Below are positions 13,301-27,100 of a stretch of DNA of 64,000 nucleotides, one piece after another. The position numbers and the translations under genes were made by a program. Source of the stretch: Leucoraja erinacea (lineage: Eukaryota); the NCBI RefSeq assembly GCF_028641065.1, contig NC_073389.1:5456001-5520000 (forward strand), given 5' to 3'. Every line of letters begins with the position of its first letter. The first letter of the stretch is position 1. The notes beneath the pieces are model-generated. The model had not been told where the DNA came from and searched no databases. It worked only from the letters and a program-made list of their open reading frames with translations.

Positions 13301-16300
13301 TGTTTCTGATGTTGGGAGAGTCCAGAACCATAGGTCACAGTTTAAGAATAAAGGGTAGGCCATTTAGGACTGAGATGAAGAAAACCTTTTTCACCCAGTG
13401 AGTTGTGAAACTGGAATTCTCTGCCACAGAAAGTAGTGGAGGCCAATTCACTGGATGTTTTCAAAAGAGAGTTGGATATAGCTCTTAGGGCTAACGGAAT
13501 CAAGGGATATGGGGGAAAAGCAGGAACGGGGTAGTGATTTTGGATGATCAGTCATGATCATCTTGAATGGCGGTACTGGCTCAAAGGGCCGAATAGCCTC
13601 CTACTGCACCTATTTTCTATGATTCTACAGGGTCTGTCCCACTTACGTGATTTTTTTCGGAGACTTACCAGCACCCGTCATAGTCACAGCAGTCGCGGGG
13701 TGACACCTGTATGGTCGTGAGTAGTCGCCCAAAGAGTCGTACCTTTTTCTGGTTGCCGCTGGATTTTCAACATGTTGAAAAATTTCGGCCACCTGCTGCG
13801 ACTATAACGCAGCCGCCGAAAAAATTGCGTAAGTGGGACAGGCCCTTGAGTCCTCCCTCTGTTTATTTGTTATGTTATTCTAACATGTGAATCCTGATCA
13901 CCTGTAACATTTCCCCTGTATTTTCAACTTTCTTGCTTTAATTGGATTGTTTTTGTAAAGCTGATTAAAATGACATGTAGCAACATAAATGCATCTTTTC
14001 ACAGATGAAGGAACAGGTCAAGGATGTTAGGCTTTCAGATGTGATGGATGTCTATGAACAGAAGCTTTCGTCCCTTGCAGTAAGTGCCATTGAAATTACA
14101 CGTAAGCTTAAAACTGGTAAAGCCAATGTGCCACAAAATGATTAAAGACATTATCATATACTGTTGTATTCATTAAGTTTAAAAAAAATTCAGAAGCAGC
14201 AAAATCATGGGATTTTTTTTTATTGCAGTTGCAATCATTTGGGGAGATTATTCCACTGGTTTTGAGTAAAACAGACTCCAGATTTCATTTACATGTAGTT
14301 CCAATTTTAAGAGAGTGTAGTTTATCTATATAAATGCGACTTAATCATTTTAATGTTTAAGAAAGAACTGCAGATGCTAGTAAAATCGAAGGTAGACACA
14401 AAATGCTGGAGAAACTCAGCGGGTGAGGCAGCATCTATGGAGAGATGTCTACCTACATTTTGTGTCTACCTAATCATTTTAATTACTGTCCTCATGTATT
14501 TATGATGTACTTCTGCAACCACCAATTTGTCTCTATACCTGATGACCATTGTAACATGAGAGTTGAGATCCTAGAAGTGGCACGGAAAGTAGAAAGGGCA
14601 GCTATTCCTTCGATGCAGAAAATGAACGTCAGTCTTTGATTCTTCCAGATGAATATTTTATACAGTCTGCTCATTGAAATGAACATGGATTACAGCATTA
14701 ATTTTTATTTTGCCATTGACATTATTGATGGACATAATAATGTGAAAACTGCCAATGAGTTTGGCACTTCTGCCCTTGTGTAGAAGGCTTAGTGGCATTT
14801 CCCCTCAAAATTCATCTCATAAAACAGAAACATCATCTTTTCTGTTTATGTATTTCCACATCTTTCCTCGCTGAAGACACCTTTACCTCACAATAGTGAC
14901 GGGCCTGTCCCACTTAGGCGTTTTTTGGGGCGACTACAGGCGACTGCCGCAAAATCTTCAACGTGTTGAAAATTCTCGGCGACAGTGGCGACAATTTTTG
15001 TTGTCGTAGGTGAATTCCATTAACACTAGTCCCTGGCAGTCGCATAAAGAGTCGCCTAAGAGCGTCAGCATTTTTGTAGTTTGCAATGCTGCAAACAATC
15101 TTGTTGTGAAACATGCTTCAATTTTGACAATATTTAATATGCCTCTTTGTTCAGTCCAAAGAAAATCGTTTACAAGATTTGTTGGAAGCTAAAGCACTGG
15201 CCCTAGCACAGGCTGACCGTTTGATTGCCCAGTATCGTTATCAAAGAGCCCATGCAGAGGCAGAGGTATGTTGATACGTAACTTTACCAGATACAACTTT
15301 ACATTAGTTTCACTTATCGTTTGCAATTCAAGTGATAAATTTAGCAGAAAAATTAACTGAACTGTCGGATTATAACTTGTACGTTTCAACCACTAATGGA
15401 TTTTAAAAGCTTTGCAGAGAAAGGTAACGTTTTTATTAGTTGTGGAGATCAAATCCATGGAATGTGTAAGACATGGTTTTCTAAAGCAATATATTGAGGA
15501 ACAACTGAAGGAACGGGCTGTTTTAGATTTGGTATTGGCTCATGAGAAAGGGTTTATTAATGATCTGGAAACTAAGATGCCGTAAAAACTGGAGGTGATT
15601 TAGTTCATTCTGAGATCGTGGAATGACCAGTGACATCTAGTGGTGAGTTAGCTCGTGTTTTAAAGTGCCATGTCTAGCATATAATGTACAAGGATCTGTC
15701 CTATACATTTATACTGAACTGTTACAGTTTATAAATGATGATGTATTTGTTTTTGAGTTGTAGGCACGACAATTAGCCTCACTTCTGATGGAAGCAGAGA
15801 GAAAAAATGAAGAGCTTGATGGAGTGCTGAAGACTCAGCTGCTGGAATCTGACCGTGCCAAGGCTGATATTGAAGAGCTTTATCATCACAATTGTAAACT
15901 ACAGACTGTAGCTGACGAGCACGAATCCTTGAAGATTACCTCAAAAAATCTTTCTCAAAAGTAGGTTTAGCTTATTTTTGCTGTATTGATGCTTTATTGA
16001 TTCCAGCTGCGTCTGAAGAAGGGTTTCGGCCCGAAACGTCACCTATTTCCTTTGCTCCATAGATGCTCCTGCACCCGCTGAGTTTCTCCAGCATTTTTGT
16101 GTGCCTTTAAAACATTCACAGGTTTGGCATCGGAGTACATATGCAATAGTTGAGGGTTTTCTGCATGGCATAGTTACACGGGTTTGATTCCTTCATGTGA
16201 AAAGCAAAAGTTGCCTGGAAGAAAATGGAATTGAGAGGGATTTCTCCCAGGCAACTCTTGTCCATTTCCTTCCATCCTTTTTCAGAATAGCATTAATAAT

Positions 16301-19260
16301 ACATTGGGCACCAAGCAACAAAAAGGGACTTCAAACAGTGATGGGGAAAAGTTATCTGTGGGAATATATTTAATACACCTACTGTGAGAAAAGTTAGGTA
16401 TTCCTGAGAACAATTGTATCTGTAACTATTCATAGTCTGCATATTTTTGATCAGTTAATCATTAATTCAAAAATATTTTCCTTCCAGTCTTGATAATGTT
16501 GAAAGGCAATTTAAAGAACTTCAGATTGAATATAAATCATTGGGCAAGCAATGTGAATTGTTCAAAAAGCAAGTTGACTCACTTAAGCAACAGAATGACA
16601 GGTAAGCCCATCTTAGGATGTGTGTTTAGACATGGTATTCATACATCCTGATGTCATGTTTGTCAGATGGAGGAAATACAGCAACATGTCTTGTCTTTTC
16701 TGTTTTGGATCACAGGTGCCATGCTCAATTCGCGGAATTGGAATCACAGAAAAATGAGATGTGCATCCAGTTACAGGAAAAGGACAATAAATTATTGGGT
16801 TGGATATACATTTCATTTTATATATTTTTTATAAAGGTTTATTTGGGGGAAAACTGTTGACAATTAGCATGAAAGCTACCTTTAATTTTTTTCTAATTTT
16901 AGATTTAAAAAATATATGCCATAGAATATCAGGCACAACGCTGGATGTTTAGAGTTTTATTTCTTGCAGAAATATGCCTTGCATCTTTTCTTCCGCATTT
17001 TTTATCCTTCACCTCATGTGACTCTTTCACGTTTGAGAAGTTATTCCTATTATGGGATGGTATGGAGGTTTGGAACCATATAGCAAGTGGATTGTTAGAA
17101 TAACAATCGAAATTGGGTAAAAAAAAAACAATTTGATCTACGAAATATAAATAGTGTTCTCCTTTGCATACAAAAACATGGAACAAACAGCACATCCTCA
17201 AGAATCTCGCAGTTCAATTCATTATACAGATAAAAAGTACCTAGATGCATAATGCATAGGTACACTCATGTAATTTGCAGATTAAGTATAGTTCATGTGC
17301 CCCCAGATCTTATACCATCTCAATGTTAATATATTTTTATAAAACAAATGTTAGATCAAGAAGAAATTCTTATGAGGATGATTTCTCTATGAAACATGAG
17401 CGACAAAGGCAGCTTTTAATTTTTTTTCAATTGCTTCTGTAAGTTGTTTGAATTCTTGTGCGGGAGCAAGTTTTGTCCTGGATACGTTCCATCTGCCCCA
17501 TATTCTATAAGATTCTTGACAGAAGGAATTACTGGAACACACTGTTCTTCATTTGTATCCTGTGTTTTTACAGTGATTTGACTACCAGCAGATGGTAATT
17601 GGAATGATTGAATTAAAAGGTCTGGGTCTTTTAACAAGGGGAAGATGTACAGAAAATTATGATAAAAAAACCACATGCAAAATTACAGATGTCATTGCCA
17701 TGTCTGAAATGGGAGATTGATATTTCAGACATTTCCAGAGTTTTGCTAAAAACCACTATGACGAACTGGAAGGTTGAAGGGCTGGCAATTTTCTGACCTG
17801 GTGAAACTGAAACTATTGCTGAAACGTAACGCAGTAAAGCAGTGGACAAGATATCCAATGCAAAAGAACATGCTTGGTTATAACGTGATGATTATTCCCT
17901 CTGTGTGCCGGTCTTAAACTGTCTTATAATGACTTGCAGATTTACAACAAAGGTCCCAGGCACAACACGAAAAAATAAAAACAATGGAGAAGGAGAAAGA
18001 GGACATGGAAGAAGCTATTAGTGCTCTCCAAAGGGAGCTTAGCAAGATCGAGTTAGCACGGAAAGAACTCAGCATTAAGGTACACAATCCGCTGCCTATT
18101 TGAACAGTATTGTTAATCAGTCTTCCCAGGATACTCAGTGTGTGAAGACTGTGATATGCAATATTGCTGCTGAATATTCTGTTAAATAGCTGCAGAGAGT
18201 AAACTGATTATGAGAGTTGTAATTCTGATTACGAGAGAGCAGTGAGCACTCCAGCTTGAGAGAATATCTCTTAATGCTTGGAATAGAAATCGTAACTTCA
18301 TAAACAGTTCAAAAATTGCCCGACCCTTTAGACAATAGACAATAGGTGCAGGAATAGACCATTCGGCCCTTCAAGCCTGCACCGCCATTCACTGTGATCA
18401 TGGCTGATCATCCACAATCAGTACCCCTTTCCTGCCTTCTCCCCATATCCCTTGACTCCGCTGCCTTTAAGAGCTCTATCTAACTCTCTTTTGAAAGCAT
18501 CCAGAGAATTAGCCTCCACTGCATTCTGAGGCAGAGAATTCCACAGATTCACAACTCTCTGGGTGAAAACGTTTTCCCTCATCTCCGTTCTAATTGGCCT
18601 ACCCCTTCGTCTTAAACTGTAGCCTTTGGTTCTGGACTCCCCCAACATCTGGAACATGTTTCCTGCCTCTAGCGTGTCCAAACCCTCAATAATGTTACAT
18701 GTTTCACTAAGATATCCTCTCATCCTTCTAAATTCCACAGTATACAAGCTCAGTCACTCCATTCTTTCAACAAATGACAGTTTGGGATTTGTCAGAAGAT
18801 AAAGAAAATGTCCTATACACAGCTTGGAATTTTCTATACTTTCTATTTCTATTCTATTCTATTAATTAAACTGCTCTATGTTAGTTTTATAATAAGAAAC
18901 ACTCTTTGGTTGATGATAGAATTTATGTTCAGTGATATGTAAATGATTGGGCAGAACTAAGTCAAAAAAATCATTTGCAATTTGTGTACAGGCTTCTCAT
19001 TGCAACCAAAGTAGAACGAAATGTAGCTTTGGGTGAATGTATTCATGTGATTTAATTCTGCCTCATGTATCTACTTTATCTGTTCATAGTTGTCATCCTT
19101 CGAAGTACAGAAATCGCAGCTGGAGGCCCGGTTACAACAACAGGAAGCCTTGGTCCAAGCACAGCAGGAGGAACTCAGCAAACATTCCCAGATGATAGCA
19201 ATGATTCATAGCTTGAGTAGCAGTAAATTGCCATCGAACACTGTCAATCTCAGTCTGTAG
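1348..19260 (+). CDS. CIP2A: CIP2A (KIAA1524), 3' part: 15 coding exons, ~679 aa; 5' exons lie upstream of the window
   Basis: Exons 1348-1493, 4421-4496, 6166-6390, 7556-7715, 8047-8188, 9089-9188, 10303-10421, 12209-12389, 14005-14079, 15155-15265, 15764-15960, 16488-16601, 16716-16798, 17940-18079 and 19090-19260 join in frame (2040 nt). All introns are GT-AG except one AT-AC. Peptides [73 protein letters not shown] and MIAMIHSLS...TVNLSL* match human CIP2A as remembered. Confidence 0.96.
2417..4073 (+). mobile_element. 5'-truncated CR1-clade LINE (HER1-like), RT and 3' UTR
   Basis: [23 protein letters not shown] and KFADDTKL motifs over frameshifted ORFs; (TTTCTATG)n tail. Confidence 0.93.
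4900..5520 (-). mobile_element. Old degraded CR1-like RT fragment
   Basis: Remnant motifs FLNDLD...NKFA; many stops. Confidence 0.45.
5635..5885 (+). mobile_element. CR1 3' end fragment
   Basis: CAGAGGGTGGTGAATCTGGAATTC...GGGGTTATGGGG...GAATGGCC, the same 3' UTR as other copies. Confidence 0.75.
7716..8046 (+). other. U12-type (AT-AC) intron in CIP2A
   Basis: 5' site ATATCCTTT at 7716; branch-site-like TTTCTCTTAAC at 8027-8037; intron ends TAC at 8046. Splicing here restores the frame ILL-V-LCGDD. Confidence 0.92.
10887..11415. repeat. Possible Tigger/pogo-like end followed by a C/T-rich low-complexity tract
   Basis: TA-CAGTAAATCC start; (CCT)n/poly-C tract at 11225-11415. Confidence 0.4.
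11416..12005. repeat. ~190-bp direct duplication flanking a ~200-bp TA-CAG-starting fragment
   Basis: 11416-11604 recurs at 11803-12005 with small indels. Confidence 0.85.
12872..13627 (+). mobile_element. CR1 LINE 3' fragment
   Basis: [11 protein letters not shown]...[11 protein letters not shown]...[10 protein letters not shown] plus 3' UTR. Confidence 0.9.
13630..13846. mobile_element. MITE with GGG(C/T)CTGTCCCACTT terminal inverted repeats (PIF/Harbinger-like)
   Basis: GGGTCTGTCCCACTTACG ... CGTAAGTGGGACAGGCCC; a related partial copy at 14901-15060. Confidence 0.75.
16011..16110 (+). mobile_element. Penelope terminal-repeat fragment with a minimal hammerhead ribozyme motif
   Basis: CTGAAGA-A-GGGT(TTCG)GCCC-GAAA-CG-TC at 16013-16040. 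Confidence 0.7.
18327..18780 (-). mobile_element. CR1 LINE 3' fragment
   Basis: EFRRMRG...[13 protein letters not shown]; (CTATTGT)n tail. Confidence 0.9.
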
Positions 19261-19904
19261 TCTTGCTGCTTTCTGGCATTTTAATGTGAACAGAAATGGG
19301 GCTGAGATCAACTGTTACCTTTAAGTCTCTGTGGCTGGAAGATGACATGTTCATACTATGGGATTAAATTTTAACAAAATTTTAAGCCATTAAATATGAA
19401 CAGCATTTAAAGTGCTGGCTTTGGAAGCAAGTATTTGATGTTGCTTGAATCACACTGCTCTGGGCCCTTATTACGTGTAGAAATACTGACGTTGCAGGCT
19501 GGAGATTTGGTGTAGTCACATTTAGGCTTGAACGCATTTTTGTTCATGATATAGTAAAATACTGCGAATAACCAAACATTTCAGTAGTGTGTATATATTG
19601 AGGAGGTGTCCTTTAGATTTGGACAATAGTTCTTTCAAACTTGGAACAAGTCTGTACCTAGTGATAGAGTAGTGGAATTTTACTGATATATTAATACTTG
19701 ATATAGGTCAACCATTAAATCCTGCCCTGGATTCTAATATCCAAACCCAGTTACAATTATCCTTTATTAATTCTACATTTGATTTTATTGCAGTATTTAA
19801 GATGAGTAAATTCATCTTAATCGTGATGTTCATCGGCTCGTGCGCAAAGATATTAGTTAGAAGTTATTTTTAAACTTCTTACAACGATGTCTGACAGCTT
19901 GTAA

Positions 19905-20263
19905 AATAAAAACCAGTCCACTGATTTAAAATTTAAACTAAACAATGTATTCAACTAATTACATTGCAAAAAAAATGACCATGTGCACCTCTCACTAATT
20001 CGACTCATTTTCACATTGGTAAAGAGTTTTGACACTATTTTGAATCGAGTGCTTGTTTTATTCTGACATTTTTAGTTAGCTGGCACATCCAAACATTCAA
20101 TGTACATCTTTCTTTCATCCTGTTGACAAAATAAACCTTTTAAATACAAATATGTTTTAAAATAGTGCAACTATAGTTTATACAATATGTAAGTCGACAA
20201 ATATTTTGTTTCTTGCACAAAATATCAATGTTTTAAACTTTGTGTAAAATTACTATTAATAAA
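19905..20263 (+). terminator. Candidate CIP2A polyadenylation signals
   Basis: AATAAA at 19905, 20130 and 20258 in an AT-rich 3' UTR after the stop at 19260. Confidence 0.5.
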
Positions 20264-21014
20264 TTGCGAATGGATTGTTCATTCCTCCTGTTGGCATGGC
20301 TTTTAAAACATTGGCCAGAGAGCCCTCCCTGCCTAAAGATGGGGTCATTAACTGGGAGGGGTGCTCCCAATTCAACTATTTAGAGACTGTTGAAATTTAA
20401 CATATGGTGGACAAATAACGCGACAAATTAAGTACCATTAACCAAGAAAGCAGACGATCTCGGCTTTAAAAATATCCATCGACGGGCTCCACCACGTTTG
20501 TGGCAATGAATTCTACAGATTTATCGTCCTCTGGCTAAGAAAATTCCTCCTCTTCTCCATTCTAAAGATACGTCCTTTTGCTCTGAGGCTGTGCTCTCTG
20601 ATCCTGGACTCTCCCACTAATTACTTGTTGATTAAGACCAAGTCTGGGTGGCTGCACTTCAAAATCAGTATCGGTAAAGTAGGCCATCCAATCCTGTTGT
20701 GAAGTGAGATCCTCCCCAAATGTGACTACTTATCTCAGTCTGGGTAACTGATCGAACTGCTGGGTGATTCAGATAGATGGTCATTTAGCATGATGGCACT
20801 GTTCCAGTGGATCAGGAAGTTACTCGGGCTGAAATAATCCTTGTTGCTGGAAATGGAGTTCAGAAGCACATGTAGGAGATAAAACCCGGTACTTGACTCC
20901 AGTATAAATATAAATGGAAAGACACTGTCCACACCACATTTGTTCCAGGTTTGGCAATGTTATGATTGTAACGGCTTCTGTTGCAAAATGTCTGAGCTAA
21001 TGCCTCTGAGAATT

Positions 21015-21121
21015 TTAACACCAGTTTATGATTGGAATACAGATGATCAGCAAAGCCACCATTGCCAAGGCGGCAAAAAGTCCATAATGCGTGCGTTTGT
21101 GACTTTCCTCAACTGCCGGGT
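21015..21121 (-). CDS. HHLA2: HHLA2-like stalk/TM terminal exon
   Basis: TTTCAG acceptor; (D)[34 protein letters not shown]. Confidence 0.78.
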
Positions 21122-24100
21122 CTGAAATTTGAACAAAAGATAGATCAGAGAATTAGCACAGATCAGAGAATTTACATAAATAGATCCAACAATAGTAGAG
21201 AATTTAAATTTATAAAAAAAACCTCTGGAATTCAAGAATAAATGCAGCAAAACTACAAATGACTGAGTGTTCCCTCAATACAAAACTTGGGCAGTTCGTG
21301 TTCCATCTTTTCAATTATTATTATTTTTTAATACACAGAAGATGGTTAGTTTTTCCTCAATAAATGGTTTTGAAATACAAAAATATAAGCTGAGAATGTT
21401 ATTAAATGAAAGGCCATTATTGCCTGATGGAAGAACACAAGAAGTTTTCGTTACCATTTACAATAATTTAATACCATCCATTCACCCAGTGAAAAAGACT
21501 GCAAACTGATGTTAGTTTTTATGGATCTCCATTTGAACGACAGTCTCCAAATGTTCTCCCTTGTCTTAGTGGGAATAAAGGAAAGCTTTATTCAGTGATA
21601 ATTAAAGTAAATAATTAAATTGAATCACCTTTGCATTGAAGATTGCTGAAGTGAATCTTCACTAACCAGGGGGAGATCTGTGGGATAATAAGGAAGTGGT
21701 TGCAAAGGGCCGGTCTAGCCAGGTTTGGTGGCCACCAGCTATAAATGTGAATCTCACCTGGACCCTTCACATCCCACTCCTGGAAGGGAAATGCAGACGT
21801 GGGAAGTGATAGGGGGTGATATGGTTGAGCCAGAGTGGATGAGGAGCAAAGGATCCGGAGCGGATCAGGAGTGAGAGCGATCTGGAGTGAGGGAACACAC
21901 AAAATGCTGGAATAACTCAGCTGGACAGGCAGCATCTCTGGAGAGAAGGAATTGGAGAAGGAATTCAGACTTCAGAAGGGTTTCGACCCAAATCGTCAAC
22001 CCATTCCTTCTCTCCAAAGATGCTGCCTGTCCCGCTGAGTTACTGCAGCATTTTGTGTTTACCTTCGATTTAAACCAGTACCTGCAGTTCTCTCCTGCGG
22101 TGGAAGATTGCAACCTCCACATGGTCCGCCCTGTTTCAACCCAGCGTTCACAATCAAATAAGAACAAGTTGTCCTACAACATTAGGCTGCGCATGCCATA
22201 CGCAAGAAGAAGACGTTCTTTCCTACACACAGAGTGAGAGTGGATCGGGAGCTGGGATGAATCAGCAGTTATGGTGGATGATATGATATGCCATTTATTG
22301 TCACTATACATGTACAGTGAAACTGAAAGCTGCTCGTACTCAGTGCATACATACAATTTAGCACAAAAAACAAGAAACAGAAAAACAAAAAACAGAAGGG
22401 AGAAGGGGGGGGAATAGGTGCACAATTTCTGCGGCGCTACATACATATATACATGTATACAGATGGAAGTCCGTGGTGTTGGGCAGTGAAGTCAGTGCAT
22501 GTGTGAATTAGAATTAAGAGTAGTTATAATTCTCGGAAAGCAACTATTTCTGAGTCTATTTGTCCTGGATTTGATGCACCTATAGCGCCTTCCAGAGGGC
22601 AGCAGGTCGAACAGTCCAAACGCAGGATGGGAGCTGTCTTTGATTATCTTCTTTGCCCTGCTAAGGCAGCGGGAGGTGTAGCAATAGTAAGAGCAATAGT
22701 AGATCAGGAGCCAGAATGGTTCAGGAGAGGGGGTGGATCAGATATATTTTATGCTTCCCAGATTGTACCCAATTTCACTGTCGTCAACATAGCTGAGTAT
22801 TCTGGAGCAGTGCTTGTTTTGTAGACAAGTAGGGGCACATATCAATTACAAATTGAGCTACATTTGTCAACAAATTTTTTCCATCAATATAATCCCCTCA
22901 TCTGTTTTTATTTTGTGACCCATTAATTTCTAATTTAGAGTCACAGTCATACAACACTGAAGAGGCCCTTTGGCCCAACTCGTTCATGCTGACCATGATG
23001 CCCCATCTAAGCTCGTCCAATTTGCCCACTTTTGGCCCATATCCCTCTAAACCCTTCCTGTGTCTGTAAAATTAAGAACTAAAAAACTATAATATCAACA
23101 CTGTTACAAATTCAAACGCTAAGAATGTGGCTATCTGGCTTTTACCTGTTCCCTGGGGTCAGTTTGGTGTACCAATGTGTACTGACACAGAAACACTTCT
23201 GTTCTGGAGGATGAGCAGCAAAGACTCAACCACCCACTAGCACAACTGTTCAGGACGAACTTCTACCCTCTGTAGTTTAGTTTGGAGATAGGGCTGGAAA
23301 ACAGGCCCTTCGGCCCATCGAATCCACCCATACACCAGCACTATCCTACACATGGATAGCCGCACGGAGTACCTGGAGAAGTCCCACAGGAAAATGTGCA
23401 AACTCCGTACAGGCAGCACCCGAGACCAGAATCGAACCTGGGTCTGTGGCGTTGTGAGGCAGCAGCTCTACCGCTGCGCCACTGTGCCGCCCTTATTTCT
23501 CACGTTTTATCATATCGTTACGTTTAGTTCAACTAAACTTGAAGTGTTGAGAATGAAGCACACAGACATGTTGACGGCCTACCTATTTGTAGTACGTAGG
23601 TGAATATTTGCAACACATCTCGGGTCCTGATTTCACAGATATATTCTCCAGCATCCTCCTTCATTGCACGGCCCAGTTGAAGTGTGGAAGAGTTCTTGGT
23701 GTTTATCACTTCCATTCGCTCCTTCTTGCAACCTGAACTCTCACTGGCATTCTGCGGCGTTGATTCACACATTACTGCCAAGGAAGAGGTTGGTGAGTTC
23801 CTAAACCTCCATATAATTGTCAAATCTTGATCATTGTTAGGGGGATATTGGCAATGAATGGCGGCAGGATGAGTCTCATTTTCTTTCAATGTGCCTTCAA
23901 AAAAATTAAACAAAAACATGTAATGTTTTACACGAAACACAGTGAACTCTTTGACGTGAGATCTCACAAGGACACAAAGTGGTGGAGTGACTCAGCGGGT
24001 TAGGCAGCATCGATGGAGAACAGGGATAGGTCAGTTTTCGGGGAGGGAACATTCTTTAGATTCTGTTCTTTCCCCAATGATGCTGAGTTATTCCAGCGCT

Positions 24101-27100
24101 TTGGGTCCTTTTGTTTATTAACCAGCATCTGCAGTTCCTCGTTTCCAATACTTGGAATGGAATAGTATCTCTTTGTTTTCCTGAGTTGTGGAAGGGTGTG
24201 GTACCACTTTGGGTGCTGGTGCATGTACATATAACAAAGGCAGTGATTGTTTAACACCCAGGAAGAGAGGGCAGCTAGCCTGGATTACAAAACAGGGAAA
24301 ATCCACCACTTTTATCCACACATTATATGGTGTACTGAAATGTCCGACACATTCAAAATCATTTATACCATCTGCCAGGACCCGAGGGGCCTGAGCTACA
24401 GGGAGAGGTTGGGCAGGCGAGGACTTTATTCCATGGAGCACAGGTGACTGAAGGGTGTTCTTATAGAGGTGTAAAAAAACCTGAGGTGAATAGATGGGAT
24501 AAATGCAGAGTGTTTCACCCAAAGGAGGGTACTCAAGAACACGAGGACCTGGGTTTAAGGTGAGAGGGGAACGATTTAATAGGAACCTGAGGGGCAACCT
24601 TTTCACACACAGGTTGATGGGTATATGGAACGAGCTGCCAGAGGAGGTAGTTGAGGCAGGTACTATAACAACATTTAAAAGACATGGATAGGAAATGTTT
24701 AGAGGGATAAGGGCCAAATGGGGGCTGGTGGGACTAGTGTAGACGGCTTTTCTTGGTCAGCATGGACAAGTTGGGCCTAAGGGCCTTTTCCCGTGTTGTA
24801 TCAGTCTCAGAAGGGTTGGAGAAATGAACATAGACACCAGGAACCACAGATGTTGGTTTACAAAAATAGACACAAAATGCTCAGCAGGTCAGGCAGCAGC
24901 ATCTCTGGGGAACATGGATCGGTGACATTTTGGGTCTGAAGAAGTGACCTGAATTTTCTGGTGAAATTCCAACGTTGCAGACATGTTGTGGGGAAGTGTG
25001 GACAGAGAACTGCTGCCATTTTATATCAAATTCTGGCCCAAATCACTTCATGTTATGAGTTTGCATGATACTCCAGTCAGCAATGTAATGGACATCACCC
25101 TGCAGGAAATGATAGGCATCAAAATAATCCAGGGGCCAGATCCAGCTCTGTTAAGGTTTTCTGTCGTAAAATGATCAAACAACAGGAATAAGTGAATCTG
25201 GGAACTTGAGAACAAGTCTATTGGCATGTGTACAAAGGAACTGTAGATGCTGGTTTAAACCCGAAGGTAGACACAAAATGCCGGAGTAACTCAGTGGGAC
25301 AGGCAGCATCTCTGGAGAGAAGGAATGGGTGACGTTTCGTGTCGAGACCCTTCTCAGACTGATGTCAGGGGAGTGGGCGGGACACAGATAGAATGTAGTC
25401 GGAGACAGTAAGACTGGTGGGAGAACTGGGAATGGGGAGGGGATGGAGAGAGAGGGAAAGCAAGGGCTATTTGAAGTTAGAGAAGTCAATGTTCATACCG
25501 CTGGGGTGTAAGCTGCCCAAGCGAAATATGAGGTGCTGTTCCTCCAATTTGCACTGGGCCTCACTCTGACAATCGAGGAGGCCCAGGACAGAAGGGCCAG
25601 ATTGGGAATGGGAGGGGGAGTTCAAGTACTGAGCCACCGGGAGATCAGGTAGGTTAAGGCGGACTGAGCGGAGGTGTTCACTGAAACGATCGCCGAGCCT
25701 GCGCTTGGTCTCACCGATGTACAGGATTTGACACCAGGAACAGTGGATACAGTAGATGAGGTTGGAGAAGGTGCAAGTGAACCTCTGCCTCACCTGGGAA
25801 GACTGTCGGGATCCTTGGACAGACATCTTGGCAACATCACTTAATTTGACAGGAGTTTGAATGACACAAACTGCTACAGTTGCAAGCACAGTGTACAGTA
25901 TATCCAGTATCACCTTATATCCAGTTAAACATGATCACAGACTGGAAGAAAACATGGCCAGGTCTCCTGTAATTTATTCTTTATCATTACCTTGCATTTT
26001 CCAGGATGCAGTCCATGACTTTTGCAATCGTTCATTCCTTATGGTGCACTCGTACATTGTCCTTGACGTATAATCTGTCTTCAGAATGCTCTCCATGTTG
26101 TAAAGACCTCGCGAGTCATTAGTGTTACTTGATGTTGCATTGTTAGTGAGGTCGATCCCATTCTCATCTCGCCATGTTATTAACGGCTGTGGATAAGCAC
26201 CAGTCACACCACAGGAGATGTTGACCTCAGCACTCAGTGTGTTTGGGGGCAAAAGTGTCAGGTTCTTACTGTCACCTGGAAGGAAGCAAGAACCCAGTGA
26301 AACCTTAGACAATGGAGCTGTGTCTAGATACACAGACGGCAATCAACATTTGGAGATAACAAGCTGCCAGTTCACTTTCATCTCCTTTAGTTTAGATTAG
26401 TTCAGTTCAGCTTAGTTTAGTTTAGCTTAGTTTAGTTTAGTTTAGAGATACAGCATTGAAGCAGTTCCTTCGGCCCACCAGTTCTATGCTATCCCACTTT
26501 CCCATCCACTCTACACACTGGGGGCAACTTACAGAGGGCCAATGAACGTACAAACCCGCACGTCTTTGGGATGTGGGAGGAAACCGGAGCACCCGGGGGA
26601 AACCCACACGGTGACACGGAGAACGTGCAAACTCCACATGGAGAGCACCTGAGGTCAGGATAGAAACCGGGTCTCTGGCGCTGTGAGGCAGCAGCTCTAC
26701 CAGCTGCGCCACTGGGCCTTATCTCTCCAACCTAAACATATATAAATGAATCCACGCACTTGCTTCACAAGTGTATGTGTTGGTACACAAGACTGAGTCA
26801 GAGACGAAGTTAGGAGAGAGATAGCTCAAAATGGAGTCAGAACAATAGATTTCAAGGAGATTTAAAAATGCAAAACATAAGGTGGTCAGGGAGAGTAAAT
26901 ATTACTTCATTTCTCATTTAAGGTGTGATTGGCCCGTTTAGGTTTATGCATGCTATCAGAACAGATCAAATATACCATACAATCAGTGTGTAGGAAGGAC
27001 CTGCTGGTTTAAACCAAAGATAGACACAAAAAGCTGGAATAATTCAGCGGGACAGGCAGCATCTCTGGAGAGAAGGAATGGGTGACGTTTTGGGTCGAGA

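Noticed and set aside
23146-23203. Possible small HHLA2 exon (donor CAG|GTAAAA)
   Set aside because: Available acceptors give a stop or a phase incompatible with the TM exon; V2 joins TM directly in frame.
26640-26714. tRNA-like sequences
   Set aside because: They are tRNA-derived heads of V-SINEs, not tRNA genes.
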